Shown in pieces: positions 10,650-23,519 of a DNA stretch of 64,000 nucleotides (the stretch's first letter is position 1; each line of letters starts with the position of its first letter). The notes beneath the pieces are model-generated. The model was not told where the DNA came from, made no database searches, and saw nothing but the letters and a program-made list of their open reading frames with translations. This DNA comes from Mobula hypostoma (Eukaryota). Where the stretch lies: assembly GCF_963921235.1 (NCBI RefSeq), contig NC_086097.1, positions 214,150,001-214,214,000 on the forward strand, written 5' to 3'. Made by a program: the position numbers and the translations under genes.

Positions 10650-11370
10650 TGGTCAATCAATATCCCACTGTAACCCTTGACAACCTTCTACACTATCCAC
10701 AACAGTACTAACCTTAGAGTCATTTGCAAACTTATTAACCCATCAATCTACTTCCTCATCCAAGTTATTTATAAAAATCACAAAGGGTAGAGATTCCAGA
10801 AAGATGCCTATGGAACACCTCTCTAGGCAGAATATGCACAATATACTACCACCCTCTGCCTTCTGTCCTGAATCCACACATCCAAGTTTCCATCGATCCA
10901 TGCTTCTTCACTTTATAAATGAGCCTACCATGAGAAACCTTGTTGAACACCTTACAAAAACCCATCTAAACCACATCCACTGCTCTACCTTCATCAATTT
11001 GTTTCATTACTTCCTCAAAGAATACAATCAGGCTTATGAAGCATGACCTGCCCAACACAAAGACATGCTGACTATCCCGAATCAGACTGGCTTTTCCAAA
11101 TGCTCATAAATCCTGTCTCCAAGTATCCTCTCCAATAGTGTGCCCACTACTGACGCAAGACTCACTGGTCTATAATTCCCTGGATCATCGATATTATCTT
11201 ATTTGCAACAAAGGAACAACATTTGTCACCCTCCAATGTTCTGGTATTACTCTTGTGGCCAGTGAGGATACTAAAATCATTACAATTTCTTTCCTCAAGT
11301 CCTGTATTAACCTAGGGCACAGCCTGTCTGGCCCCGAGCACTTATCTGTTTTAAGTTTTCTTACCATCTG
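10650..11370 (-). mobile_element. Old CR1 LINE fragment
   Basis: KCSGPDRLCPRL…PEHWRVTNVVPL in ORF 11194..11457. Confidence 0.75.
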
Positions 11371-11554
11371 TTCCTGTCCCATCCTAGTGCACAGAGTGTC
11401 AGCCAGAACAGCCCTCCGTACTGGGACTAGGTAAGTCAGGGATAACACTGTTGCCATCTAGCTGAAATAGACCCTTTAATTATATAATCCTCTGAGGTTC
11501 TTGTTCATAATCTAATTTACCCCAGGTCTACTGCAATAGCCTACAAAAGCTCAC

Positions 11555-11863
11555 CAGCTTCAGAACGGACTGAATCTTCAGACTCAGCATCAAATTCATT
11601 TGTTTCTTCTGCCTCTAGCTCCTCTTCCACTGGCTCTGGCTCCAGCTCCGGCTCCTCCTCCACTGGCTCTGGTGCTAGTTCCTCCTCTACTGGCTCTGAC
11701 TCTGGCTCCTCCTCCACTGGCTCCGGCTCCTCCTCCACTGGCTCCGGCTCCAACTCTGACTCTGGCTCCTCCTCCACTGGCTCCGGCTCCGGCTCCTCCT
11801 CCACTGGCTCTGGCTCCGGCTCCAACTCTGGTTCTGGCTCATCCTCCACTGGCTCTGGCTCCT
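11555..11863 (-). CDS. ASPH: ASPH/junctate acidic tandem-repeat exon, (EP)n-VEEE
   Basis: 309 nt, phase 1-1, ttttttccctatag|…CTG|gtgagc. Contains nearly all of ORF 11541..11849. Strongly Glu/Pro-rich. Confidence 0.88.
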
Positions 11864-12859
11864 CTATAGGGAAAAAAATGAATGCTTCTGAAACCTGTGC
11901 AAGTGCTAACTATATACAACCTTCACATCCCAATTATGAAGACCACAATTACAATAATTTTATCTCAATTAGCTCAGCATCCAAAAATAAAGGTGCAAGC
12001 ACAATAAATTATTTAGCATTCTTACAGGAATCAAATAATAATTGAATTTTAATAATAGTTATTTTTTTCATTACCCTCTTAGTAAGGTAGCCCAAGTTTT
12101 AAATTATTTTATCTACGACCAGTCTATTGAAGTAGATGGGGGTGAGGGGTCACTCCGTCCAACAAGCAATCAAGTCTTTGTCAAATGCAGCAGAAGAAAG
12201 CAGCAACTGGATTTGGATTAAAAGGAAAGACAACAACTGGGCTGCAAGATGAAGACAGGAGGGTATGGAACTGAAGGGGGTGTATCTGGGACGCCAGGTA
12301 GCACCATTGAGCCCTCTGGAGACATCGTGGGCTTATCAACGAAACGTCAAAGAAGGAGTGTGCCCACCTGATGATCTTGATGACATACCTACCCTCCCTC
12401 CTTGTCACCACTCCAAACCCACTGCCAACATCGAGAGTGCCGACTTACCATAGGGATTGAAACATCAAGTCCTAGTAGCTCTACTAATGCCACTCTAATA
12501 AATTTTCACTCATTTATTAGCAGTGAAAATCAAAGCTGCAGAACCCAGCTCCCAACGCTAAATGAATTTCTTTAACCAATATTACACATGTTCATGAACC
12601 TACACTGGCTGTCAATCCTGTTTATTTCAATTTTAAAGTATTCAACTCATCCTGCTCCTAAACTTTGCAACTTATTTTTGTACCTCTCCAAACTGGTCTC
12701 TTGACTTCCACCACTAACAGTCTGCAACTCGTGGCCTTAATCCCTGGAATTCCTTCCCAGGATTTTTCTCACCACTTCTTTTGTTGTAATTGCTCCTTAA
12801 AAAGCATCTGTAGTATTATCTCATTAAAAAGAGTCAAATTTTATTTCTTCACATTCTAC

Positions 12860-14883
12860 TCTGACTGGAAAGAAGATTAGCAGGGATGATGGAGGAGCAG
12901 CAATGGCTGGAATTTCTGGAAGCAATTTGGAAGGAGCAGGGCATATACAACCCAAAGAGGATGAAGTATTCTGAAGGCAGGATGATGCGATCGTGGCTGA
13001 TAAGAGAAGCCAAAGCCAATATAAAACCCCAAGTGAGGGCATATATGAGAGGTTAGAGGATTGGGAAGCTTTTAGAAACCAACAAAAGGCAACTAATAAA
13101 GTCATAAAGAGGAAAAGGTGGAATACCAAGGTAAGCTAGCCAATAATATTAAAGTGGATAACAGAAGTTCCTTCAGATATATAAAAAGTAAAAGAGAGGT
13201 TGAAGTAGATATCTGACTACTGGAAAATGATGCTAGAGAGGCAGTAATGGGGGACAAGGAAATGGTGAACGAGCTCAGTAAGTATTTTGCATCAGTCCTT
13301 ACTGTGGAAGAAAGCAGCAGTATGCCAGAGGTTCAAAAGTGAAAGGTCTGAAGATAGATAAGTCACCTGGACCAGATGGTCTATATCCCAGGGTTCTGAA
13401 AGAGGTGGCTGAAGAGACTGTTGGAGGCATTAGTAATGATCTTTCAAGAATCACTAAATCCTGGCGTGGCTCTGGAGGACTGGAAAATTACAAGTGTCAC
13501 TCCAAGAAGTGAGAGGCAGAAGAAAGGAAATTACTGGTCAGTTAGTCTGACCTCAGTGGTTTGGAAGATGTTGGAGTCGATATTAAAGGATGTAGTTTCT
13601 GGGTACTTGGAGGCACATGGGTAAAATAGGCCAAAGTCAGCCTGGTTTCCTTAAGGGAAAACCCTGCCTGACAAATCTGTTGGAACTCTTTGAAAGAATA
13701 ACAAACGGAATAGACAGAGGAGAATCGATGGATGTTATATACTTGGATTTGCAGAGGGCCTTTGACAAGGTGCCACACATAAGGCTGATTAACAAGTTAA
13801 AAGCCATGGTAACACAGGGAAGATTATAGCTTGGAAAGAGCATTGGCTGATTGGCTGGAGGCAAACAGTTGGAATAAAGGGAGCCTTTTCTGGTTCGCTG
13901 CCTGCGACTAGTGGTGTCCACAGGGGTCTGTGTTGGGACCGCTTCTTTTTTACATTATATGTCAATGATCTGAATGATGGAACTGGTGGCTTTGCGGCCA
14001 GTTTTGTGGACGATACGAAGATAAGTAGAGGGGCAGTTCGTGTTGAGGAAGCAGAGAGGATACAGAAGGACTTAGGTGGATGAGGAGAATTAGCAAGGAA
14101 GTGGCAGGTGAAATACAGTGTCATGCACTTTGGTAGAAGAATGAAGAAAAAATTCAAAAATCTGAGGTGCACAGGGACTTGGAAGACATTTTGCAGGATT
14201 CTCTAAAGGTTAGTTTGCAGTTTTGAGTCTGTGGTGAGGAAGGCAAATGCAATTGTTAGCATTCATTTCTAAAGGATTATAATACAAAAGCAAGGATGTA
14301 ATGTTAAGGCCTTATAAGACACTGGTGAAGCCCCATTTGGAGTATTGTGAGTAGGTTTAGGCCCCTTATCTTAGAAAGGATGTGCTGAAACTGGACAGGG
14401 TTCAAAGAAGGCTCACGAAAATAATTCCAGGATTGAATGGCTTGTCATATGAAGTGTGTTTGATGGCTCCTAGCCTGTACTCAACTGGAATTCAAAAGAA
14501 TGAGGAAAGATCTCATTGAAAGCTATTAAATTTTGAAAGGGCTAGATTTGGAGAGGATGTTTCCTATGGTAGGAGAGTCTAAGTCAAGAGGACACAGCTT
14601 CAGAATAGAGGGACATCAACTTAGAATGCAGATGAGGAAAAATTTCCTTAGCCAGAGAATGGTGAATCTGTGGTATTCATTGCCACAGGCGGCTGTGGAG
14701 ACCAAGTCATTGGGTATATTTAAGGCAGAGGTTGATAGATTCTTGATTAGTCTGGGCATGAAGGGATATGGGGAGAAGGCAGATGATTGGGGCTGAGAGG
14801 GAAATGGATCAGCCATGGCAAAATGGCAGAGCAGACTCGATGGGCCAAATGGCCTAAATATGCTCTGTCTGGTTTTATGGTCT
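12860..14883 (+). mobile_element. CR1 LINE fragment
   Basis: ORFs 13421, 13617 and 14533 carry CR1 RT motifs (GFLKGKPCLTNLLE, YLDLQRAFDKVPH). Confidence 0.9.
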
Positions 14884-15194
14884 ACTCAAGTGCCTTGAGA
14901 TACCTTTTGATTACTTTGAAAATAAAATATATCTGTATTTTGTTCTGCATTATAAAACCGCTAAAATGCATTTCTATTTTTAATATTCTTTGTCCTCTGA
15001 TCCATGCCATCTGCTAGAAACTGAATTAGACAAAGTGATAATTAATCAGATGGTTCGCCTACTTTGTGAGGTATCTTCAATGAGCACAACAAACATGATT
15101 CCTTCATTAATCACCATAAGGTGGATGAATGTTTGACAAAATAGTATCTACTCTTATACGAACATTTGGTAATTAGGGACCATAGTTAAGTACG

Positions 15195-16310
15195 AAGTTC
15201 AAAGTAAATATTTTATCAAAATACATATATGTCAACATATTCTACCCTAACATTTATTTTCTCGCAGGCATTCACAGTAAATACCAAGAAACACAATAAA
15301 ATCAATGAAAACCTGCACACAACAAAGGCGAAGAACAACCGATGTGCAAGAGGCAACAGAATGTGCAATACAAAGAGAAAAAAAAGGAATGAATGAACGA
15401 ATGAATGAATGAATAAATAAATAAATAGTTATATTGAGAACATGAGTTGTAGAGTCCTTGGAAGTGTGTGGAATCAGTTCAGTGTTGCAGTGAGTGAAGT
15501 TATCTCTTCTGGTTCAAGAGCTTGACAGTTGAGTAGTAATAACCGTTCCTGAAGCTGGTGGTGTAGGATCTGAGGCACCTGTACCTCTTTCCTGACAGTA
15601 GCAGCAAGGAGAGGGCGTAGTCTGGATGGTGGGGCACTTGATGATAAATGTTGCTTTCTTACAACTGTGTAAATGAATTTGATGGTGGGGAGGGCTTTAC
15701 CTGTGATGGACTAGGCTGTATCCACTACCTTTTGTAGATTTTTCTGTTCAAGGGCTTTGGTTTTACTATTCCAGACTGTGATGTAACCAGTCCGTCAGTA
15801 TACGTTCCACCCCACATCTATAGAAGTTTGTCAAAAATTTAGATGACATGCCAAATCTTCGCAAACTTTTGAAAGAGGCACTTCCATGCCTTCTTTGTAA
15901 TGGTACTATGCACTAGACAGCTTCTCTGAAATGACAATGCTGAGTATTTTTAAAGTTGCCGACTCTCTTCACCTGATGAGGACTAGCTAATGAATCTCCA
16001 GTTTTCTCCTCCTGTAGTCAATTGTCAATACTGAATAATAAGGTTGTTATGGCACCACTCGGTCAGATTTTCAATCTCCCTTCTACATGCTGATTCGTCA
16101 CCACCTTTGATTCGGCCAACGACAGTGTTGTCATCAGCAAACCTAAATAAGGGACTGGAGCTACATTTAGCCTCACAGTCCTAAGTGTAAAGCAAGTACA
16201 ATAGGGAGCTAAACACACAGCATTGTGGTACACCTGTGCTGATTGTGGGAGATGTTGTTGTCAATCAGAACTAACTGAGGCCTGCAAGTGAGGAAATTGA
16301 AGAACCAGGC
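15195..16310 (-). mobile_element. Rex1/Babar-like LINE fragment
   Basis: Reverse complement encodes degenerate FADDNTVVGRIKGG-type RT and resembles the other Rex-like copies. Confidence 0.7.
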
Positions 16311-17058
16311 TAGATTACAGAATCTGAGGACTACGTTTTGGAGAAAAACAAGAGGACTTTTGATGGAAAAATATAGAATGATGAGAAATATAGATAGGAT
16401 TGTGGGAAACTCTGGAGGGGTCAAGTACTAAAGGTCACAAGTATAAAGAGAAAAAGAATCTAGAGTGACGTGACAATTTTTAAAAAAACGCACTGTGGAG
16501 TTAGATCATAGTACAAACTACCTGCGGATGCGGTGGGGGTAGGTTCCATTGTGTCCTTTCATCAGCAATTTTACATTAGGAAATTAAGGAATAAATACTT
16601 AAGGCCATAAAACATAGAAGAGAATTGGGCCATCTGGTCCACTGAATCTGTTCCACTGAGTCTGCTCCTTATACTGAGGAAAAAGATGCAGTGTGGCAGA
16701 TCAGAGAACAGGAAGAGGAACTAGATAGTTACTCCATAAGCGAGCCAGAGCAGACACAGTAAGCCAATTGTGTCTTTCTGGTAGCCACACTATGATTCCA
16801 TAGTAAGTAACAAGGGTAACCAACATATACATTTGAAGTGATCACATTATCAAAATTACAAATCTTACAATACCCTACTCCCAAAGGAGAAGCCAACAAG
16901 AGCTAGAGAAATACATTCCTATAATCATTTAATTCTTTGTGTAACAAATCCTTCTTGAGCAAAATGCAACAGATTAATTAAGAGAAATTTTAAACCTTCG
17001 GTTTATCGAGCTCGAATGAATTAAGGAATAATATATAATCCAAAATATGAAGACCTAC

Positions 17059-17127
17059 CTATATTGGTTTTGAAAGACTCCTGAGCCATAGAGGCTTTAA
17101 TAGGTTCAGGTTCTTCTGTTTGAGTCT
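17059..17127 (-). CDS. ASPH: ASPH/junctate luminal exon, (E)TQTEEPEPIKASMAQESFKTNI
   Basis: 69 nt, phase 1-1, ttattttag|…TAG|gtaggt, no stop codon. Confidence 0.75.
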   Translation of the reverse strand, partial: RLKQKNLNLLKPLWLRSLSKPI

Positions 17128-17915
17128 CTAAAATAATAGTTTAAAGACAATATCAGCAAACTACTCCACTAATTAAGACTCTTAACATTGTAGTTAGCAC
17201 CAAGTTAACCATGGCTCTATTTTGTACATCTCAACATTACTGATATAATCTGTCATGAGATGTAACATCGTAAATACAATTGTAGTACATTCTCATAACA
17301 ATCCTAGGCTGGATTATTTTGAATACATTGTGATTTGTTACAGTTATTATAATCAATTTAAGGAGATGGTGAATGTTGTTATGAATTGTTTCTAATTTCT
17401 TCATACACAAGAGAAATGCCTTCAATCTATATTTGGCTGAGCCCAAATACTGCTGAGTGCAAAGAGTAATTTGATATTAAAATCTCCTTCTTGTAGCCCT
17501 TTCCAGAAAAATGAGCATTTATACTCAAGTGTTTAATCCGAATGTTCACTGTTAACAACACCTCATTGAGATTTGCAGGCAATTCAAGTAATAAAGATTG
17601 CAGAGAACTTTTTTGACAAAAAGTAGCCTTTTTAAGGCTTTAGATTGTTTGTCATTATAACATTTCTGTAAACTTGGAAGATAGCTCATTTAGTTCAATA
17701 CATGATTAAAAAGGGTCAGTTATTGTTCTGTTTTGGCCAGTTTGTCATTTTTTCAGTTTTGTCATTTCATTACATAGGAATTAGTTCTCCCATATCTATT
17801 ATCAAAGAGCTACACATCGCCTTACTCGATATAGAGAAGCTCATTTACAATCAGAGAATAACTTTTCTTCACATACATCTTCTTGACAGTGTCACATGAA
17901 GTAATCCCACCTTAC

Positions 17916-17999
17916 CTGTCTTAAGTGGTGAATTGTCAGATGTTTGAACTGGCTCTTCATTTTTCCCAGCACGAACAGATCTTTCCACTTCTTTCATTC
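17916..17999 (-). CDS. ASPH: ASPH/junctate luminal exon, (G)MKEVERSVRAGKNEEPVQTSDNSPLKT
   Basis: 84 nt, phase 1-1, aaattag|…CAG|gtaagg (strong donor). Position and GMKE start correspond to the recalled human GLKERS… exon. Confidence 0.8.
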
Positions 18000-19198
18000 C
18001 TAATTTTAAACACCAAAGAATATCATAAAATAATTGAATTGGTATCAATGTCCAGCATGGGAAAGAAAAGATGGCTTCTTAAAATGACTGTACAGCAAAC
18101 TGCAGGCATACAAATTATATTTTTACCTAGTCCTATAGTCTCTCTCAACAGGACCCAGTCTATCACTACATGGTGTAGTCGCTGCTAGTCTCTGGCAACA
18201 GCTTGCACTTATTCAACTGACCAGGGTGCAGCTCCTGAGCCCGGCATCTCAGCAGTGGGCGGTAATACTTCCTGAACGAGCCCTCACAGGTAGCCACTGC
18301 ACAATGCCTCAGTGGCTCAATCCACACCAGGCCATAAAGCAATGGGAAGGCTTCAATCATTTCCTCGGTGCAGGAAATCAAGCAGGGCCAAGACCTTAAA
18401 CAGGTTCCCATTGCACCAGCATGCAGATCGTGAAGGGTTGGGTTCACACCAGAATCCAAGCACAACGGCGTTGTGTCTACAATGACTCCTTTTAGCACCA
18501 ATTCCACAATAACTCTTGTTTCTAGGAAGACAACCTAAGCACTAAACAAGGTACCAGTGGTATTAATTAAAGTAACCACAACAGTTTGTCATTCTTTTGA
18601 TGCAACCTTCAAAACAATTTTAAAAAATCAAATTCAGTCATAGAAAGATAAAAAAAAAATGAGAAAGCAACACTGTAAGCAACCTTTTGTTTTTAATTAA
18701 AAATGATTACTATATTGTAATTTTAATATATAATTCCATTACTGAATGATTAGCATATACTTCCTGAAAAAAGTAAAATATTTCCAGTGGCATTAGACAC
18801 ACATACACTTCAGGTAAAACCTAATATACATGCAGGTATACTTATCTTTCACTCTATGAAGCATTGTTACACTATCTCAATGCAAAACAGCACCATCTAC
18901 TCAATCACAACCTCAATTGACCAGAGAATACTGCTGATTTTAGCCAAACTTCAGCGAAACTTCAAATCCCAAGAGTCACTTGCTTAAGATTCAATAGACT
19001 ACAGAAGGCTGGCTAGCCTCAGTGTCCTAAATTTAAGATGTAGAACAAGCAAAGTTTGTAGCAAGAGGTAAATACTAAAGCTTTGAGGTTGACAATAATT
19101 TTTCAAAATTTTGAATAAAGTGAAGCACCACTGTGTGATGCACCAAGTGAAGGAACTGAAAGCACCATCAGAGAAGAAAATATGAGATGCTTGGACTG

Positions 19199-19420
19199 TG
19201 TGGTAAACCATGTATATATGTTGTAACTCGGTTACCTGTCTGGACATGCCCCTCTGCTGACTGCCCCTGTGGCTCCTCCCACAGAGCCCTGTATAAAGGT
19301 GTTCGCCTTGCTCCTCCCCCCTCAGTCCGGGGGCAGACAGGAGGTCGTATTGTACAGCGAATAAAAGCCTTTCAGTATTTTACCAAACCTCAGTCTTTTG
19401 GAGTAATTGAAGGTGCTTCA
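19199..19420 (+). mobile_element. Short solo LTR (222 bp)
   Basis: TG…CA ends, 5-bp TSD GACTG (19194-19198 and 19421-19425), TATAAA at 19292 and AATAAA at 19360. Confidence 0.8.
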
Positions 19421-20687
19421 GACTGGAAAATGAAAAGATGTGCACTTGCCATTGACTTCATCTTCCTACATATATGGTACATTATATGCAGCTTTATTGC
19501 CAACATGATTTACTCTGCACTGCCATCTAGGGGATTTTTCATGAAAATGTATCAGCTTGAACAGATTGTCTTAATATTAAAATCAGAATCAGGTTAAGTA
19601 TCACCAGCATATGTCATGAAATTTGTTGTCTTTGTGGCAGCAGTAAATCTGAAGTAGGGCATTATCAAATCAGTGTTGGAGACAGAAGACAGAGAGGCCA
19701 GAGTGGAACTGAAGTGGAGATTGAAGTGATGGGAAATTACAAAATCAAAGTTACTGAAATGATGAGCTCCAAACACAATACATTAAATTGGAAGAATGAA
19801 TTTCACCTTGAAGGACAGTTTGAGTTCCTTGATGGTAGAATGTGAGAAGAGGGCACGTGATGCATCTCCCATGGAAAGTGTCATGAGAAGGCAAGTTATT
19901 GTTGAAGGCAGAAGAACAAACCAGAGACTAGTGGAGTAAATAACCCTGTTAGAATACTGAAATGGGAGAGGAGGGAAAGACGTGTCTGATGGATGAATCC
20001 CATTGAGAATGGCAAAAATGATAAAGGATAATCCATTGAATATGAAGACTGACAAGGCAGAAGATGAGGACAAGCAGAATCTTATCCTTATTCTAACTGG
20101 AAGCAGAAGAGTGGAAAACAGCAGACAAGACTGAGGGACCATCAGCCACAGTAGATAAGGTACTAATGTTAAGGGAAAATGCATCAAAAGGTCTTTCTGT
20201 GATTTAAAACATGATGTTTTCTCACTTAACCAGTTTGGACTGTTGTTAATTTGAAACATTTATCATATCTCACTCCACAGATACTGCCTTAACTGCTGAA
20301 TACTTGCAGAATATTCTATTTTTATTTAAGATTTTCAGAACCCACATTTTCTTTTGGTCCAAGGCTTCATTTCATCTCATCTGACCTCCTGCTACTCGAC
20401 TCAACTTGCCAGAGAATGAACTGTATGCTTCAGGGCTCTGGCCTTTGATTCTACCCCTCTAACAAATAACAGACAAAACCACACAGCTCCTACGCCAATT
20501 TATTTCTTATCTTAAAAGCCCTACCATGCCACCTCTCTTCTACTATACCACCACAAACATCACCACTTTATGCTTTAGACCATCCTGTTTATCAATAGTT
20601 ATTGTCAGCTCTGTTAAAATACAGCAGAAGCTTTGTTACATTGAAAGTTCTTTGTAGAGGTTAGGCTGTTATTCAATAAAATGGTAA

Positions 20688-21507
20688 AATCAGAATCAGA
20701 TTTATTATCACTGACATATTGTATGTTGTGAAATTAGTCATTTTGTGGCAGCTGTACAGGGCAAGACATAAAAACTACTATAAATTATAATGAAAAATAA
20801 AATAGTGCAAAAGAGGAATAGTGAGGCAGTTCACGGATCATTCCGAATTCTGATTGTAAAAGGCTGTTCATAAAACTTTTGACTATGCATCTGCAGGCTC
20901 TTGATGGTACTCTTGATGGTAGAGAGAAGAGGGCATGACCTGGGTGATGAGGGTCCCTAACGATGCTTTTTAATAGCACTATCTTTTGAAGACATCCTTG
21001 AGCGTGGGGTGGCTTGTACCCATGGAGCAGCTGGCTGAGTCTACAACCCAGCACAGCCTCTTTCGATCCTCTGTGTTGGAGCAGTGATGTAACTGGTCAG
21101 GCTGCTCTCCATGGTACATCTACAGATCTCTAGTCTTTGGTGACATACAAAATCTCCTCCAACTCCAAATGAAGTGTAGCTTTTGGCTTGCTCTCTTTAC
21201 CTTACAATATGTTGGGCCCAGGATAGATCCCTTGAGATACAGAATGCCCCAGGAACTTGAAGCTGCTCACCCTTTTCACTGCTGACCCCTCAATAAATAC
21301 TGGCCTCTGTTCTCCCAACTTCCCCTTCCTGAAATCCACAATCAATTCCTTGGTCTTGCTGAGAGTGAGTGCAAGATTATTGTAACAACATTCAACTGGC
21401 CAATCTTCACACCTGCATACCTTCTCGCTGTTATCTGAGACTCTGCCAACAACAGTGGTGTCATCAGCAAACTCATAGATGGTATTTGAGCTGTTCCTAG
21501 CCACAGT
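20688..21507 (-). mobile_element. Rex1/Babar-like LINE fragment, interrupted by the Tc1 element
   Basis: ORF 21202..21504 (FADDTTVVGRVS…SKTKELIVDFRK). (aatcag)n tail near 20690. Sequence appears to resume after 23100. Confidence 0.82.
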
Positions 21508-21509
21508 TA

Positions 21510-23098
21510 CAATGTCTTGTAAAAGTATTCAGCCTCCAACCCTTTATTCACATAAGTATGCATTACAACCAGGGATTTTGATCAATTTAACTGATAATTT
21601 TTATTTGTGGATCACATGCTCTTTTTTTTCCACAGTAGAGCCCAAAAAACAGGGAAAATTGTAAAGAATGAAAAACTCAAAAATTCAAAATCTGAATTGT
21701 CAGCAATCAAAAGTATCCTTCCCTCTTTGCTCAGTACTTGGTTGAACCACCTCTTGCAGCTATTAGAGCCTTTTTGATAAGTCTATATTAGCTTTGCGCA
21801 ATGAGATGGAGCAAGATTTGCCCATTCCTCTTTGCAAAATTGCTCAAGCTGTGCTAAGTTAGCTGGGTAGTAGTGGTAGACAGGAATCTTGAGGTCTTGC
21901 CAGAGATGTTCCATCAGGTTAAGGTCAGGACTCTGACTGGGCCACTCAAGGACATCAATTTTCTTTATTTGAAGTCACAACATGGTTACTCTGGTAGTTG
22001 GGTTGTTGTCTTGATGAAAGACAAACTCCTCCCAAGTTTAAGCTCTCTGGCAGAGGCTAGAAGGGTTTTATCCAGGATCTCTCTGTATTTAAGCGTTCAT
22101 CTTCCCATCAATCATGACCATATTTCCGGTCCCTGCTGCTGAAAAGCATCCTTATAGCATAATGCTACCTCCACAATACTTTACAATAAGGACAGTGTTA
22201 ATTGGCTAATGCACAGCACCACAGGTAACATTTAATGTTCAGGCCAAAAGGTTCCACTTTAGTCTCACACAACCACAAGACCTACTTCCACTTCTTTACA
22301 ATATCTTCCAAGCGATGCTTTGCAAAGTATTTACTGGCAAGGATATGCTTTTTCTTTAGCCAGGGCTTCTTCCTTGCTACTCTTCATAAACACCCTTTTT
22401 GTGCAAGGCCTTTGAGATTGTGGAGCCATGAACTTCATCTCCAGTTTCAGCCACTGACTACTGGTCAGAATAACCATTGCCGTCACAGTAGCCTCTCTTG
22501 CAAATGTCATTCTTCACTGTTGACTAAGTTTAGAGGGGTGGCCTGATCTAAAAGTGTGGCTGTGGTTTCATATTTTTCCAAAATTTCATGATGAACTCCA
22601 CTGAGCTCCAATGTATGTTCAGTGCCTTTGAGATAGTACTGTACCCTTCTCTAGATTTGTGCTTTTCTATTATCATTCCCCAACACTTGCCTTGAATGAT
22701 CTTTTGCCTACATTTTGGTTTGGTCTTTTGAAAATCTATGATACTGTTGGACCTTACAGAGAGAGGAAGTATTTATTCTTCTGAATTTATTAAAAGCAAG
22801 TGATCCTCCAAATTTTTTACATCAATAAATTGGGTGAGTTGGTAAGGTAATAAAGCACCTGAGAAAAGTTTGTGCCATAATTACAAATGGGATGAATGCT
22901 TTTTTCAGTCTCACGATTTTGGTTTTTAATTTTTAGTAAATTGTTCACAGGATTTGAAATTTTTCTTTTGATTAGACATAATACATAATGTTTTGTAGAT
23001 TAGCTCAAAAAGCCTCCTTCAATATATTTTAAATTTAGAGAATGAGACAGTAAAATATGAAAGTAGTTGTGGAGGCGGAATATTTTTTGAAGTCACTT
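21510..23098 (-). mobile_element. Degenerate Tc1-like DNA transposon, about 1.6 kb
   Basis: TA-flanked. Ends caatgtcttgtaaaagtattcagcctcc and ggaggcggaatattttttgaagtcactt. Internal sequence resembles a decayed Tc1 transposase on the minus strand. Confidence 0.82.
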
Positions 23099-23519
23099 TA
23101 TGTGTAAAGCAGAGCAATGGGCTAAATGTCAGTGAGATGTTATTATCGCTCCTTTGCAACATCTCTTACTTGTATTTAAGCAAGAACGTGTCTGCCAATT
23201 AAAAGAACTATTGACTATACAGTTCCAGTCATCAGTTGACTGTACAGCACAGCCCATTTTGTAAATATGTAACCATCGTATGTATGGAAGCTACATAAGG
23301 TGCACTAAACTCAGCCTCCTCAACCTGCAGGAATTAGTTTAAACAAAAAATACCCCAACAATATTTTTTTTGGTAACTTAGAAAATTCAATTAATATTCT
23401 ATCAACCTACAGCCAGAAATTTTTGTGATCCCACATTGTCCAGTAAATAGTAAAACTGCTTCAAAAAACTATCATGACCAATTGTAGTGTTGTTCTCTTG
23501 ATAACTTGTACATTGCGAA

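Noticed and set aside
11620..11860. CRISPR-like array
   Set aside because: Tandem codon-phase repeats without unique spacers, no cas genes, eukaryotic context.
11600..11869. Plus-strand Pro/Ala/Leu-rich ORF
   Set aside because: Antisense shadow of the acidic repeat exon. Splice signals support the minus strand.
15388..15426. (GAAT)n/(AAAT)n microsatellite
   Set aside because: Ordinary simple repeat within a LINE fragment.
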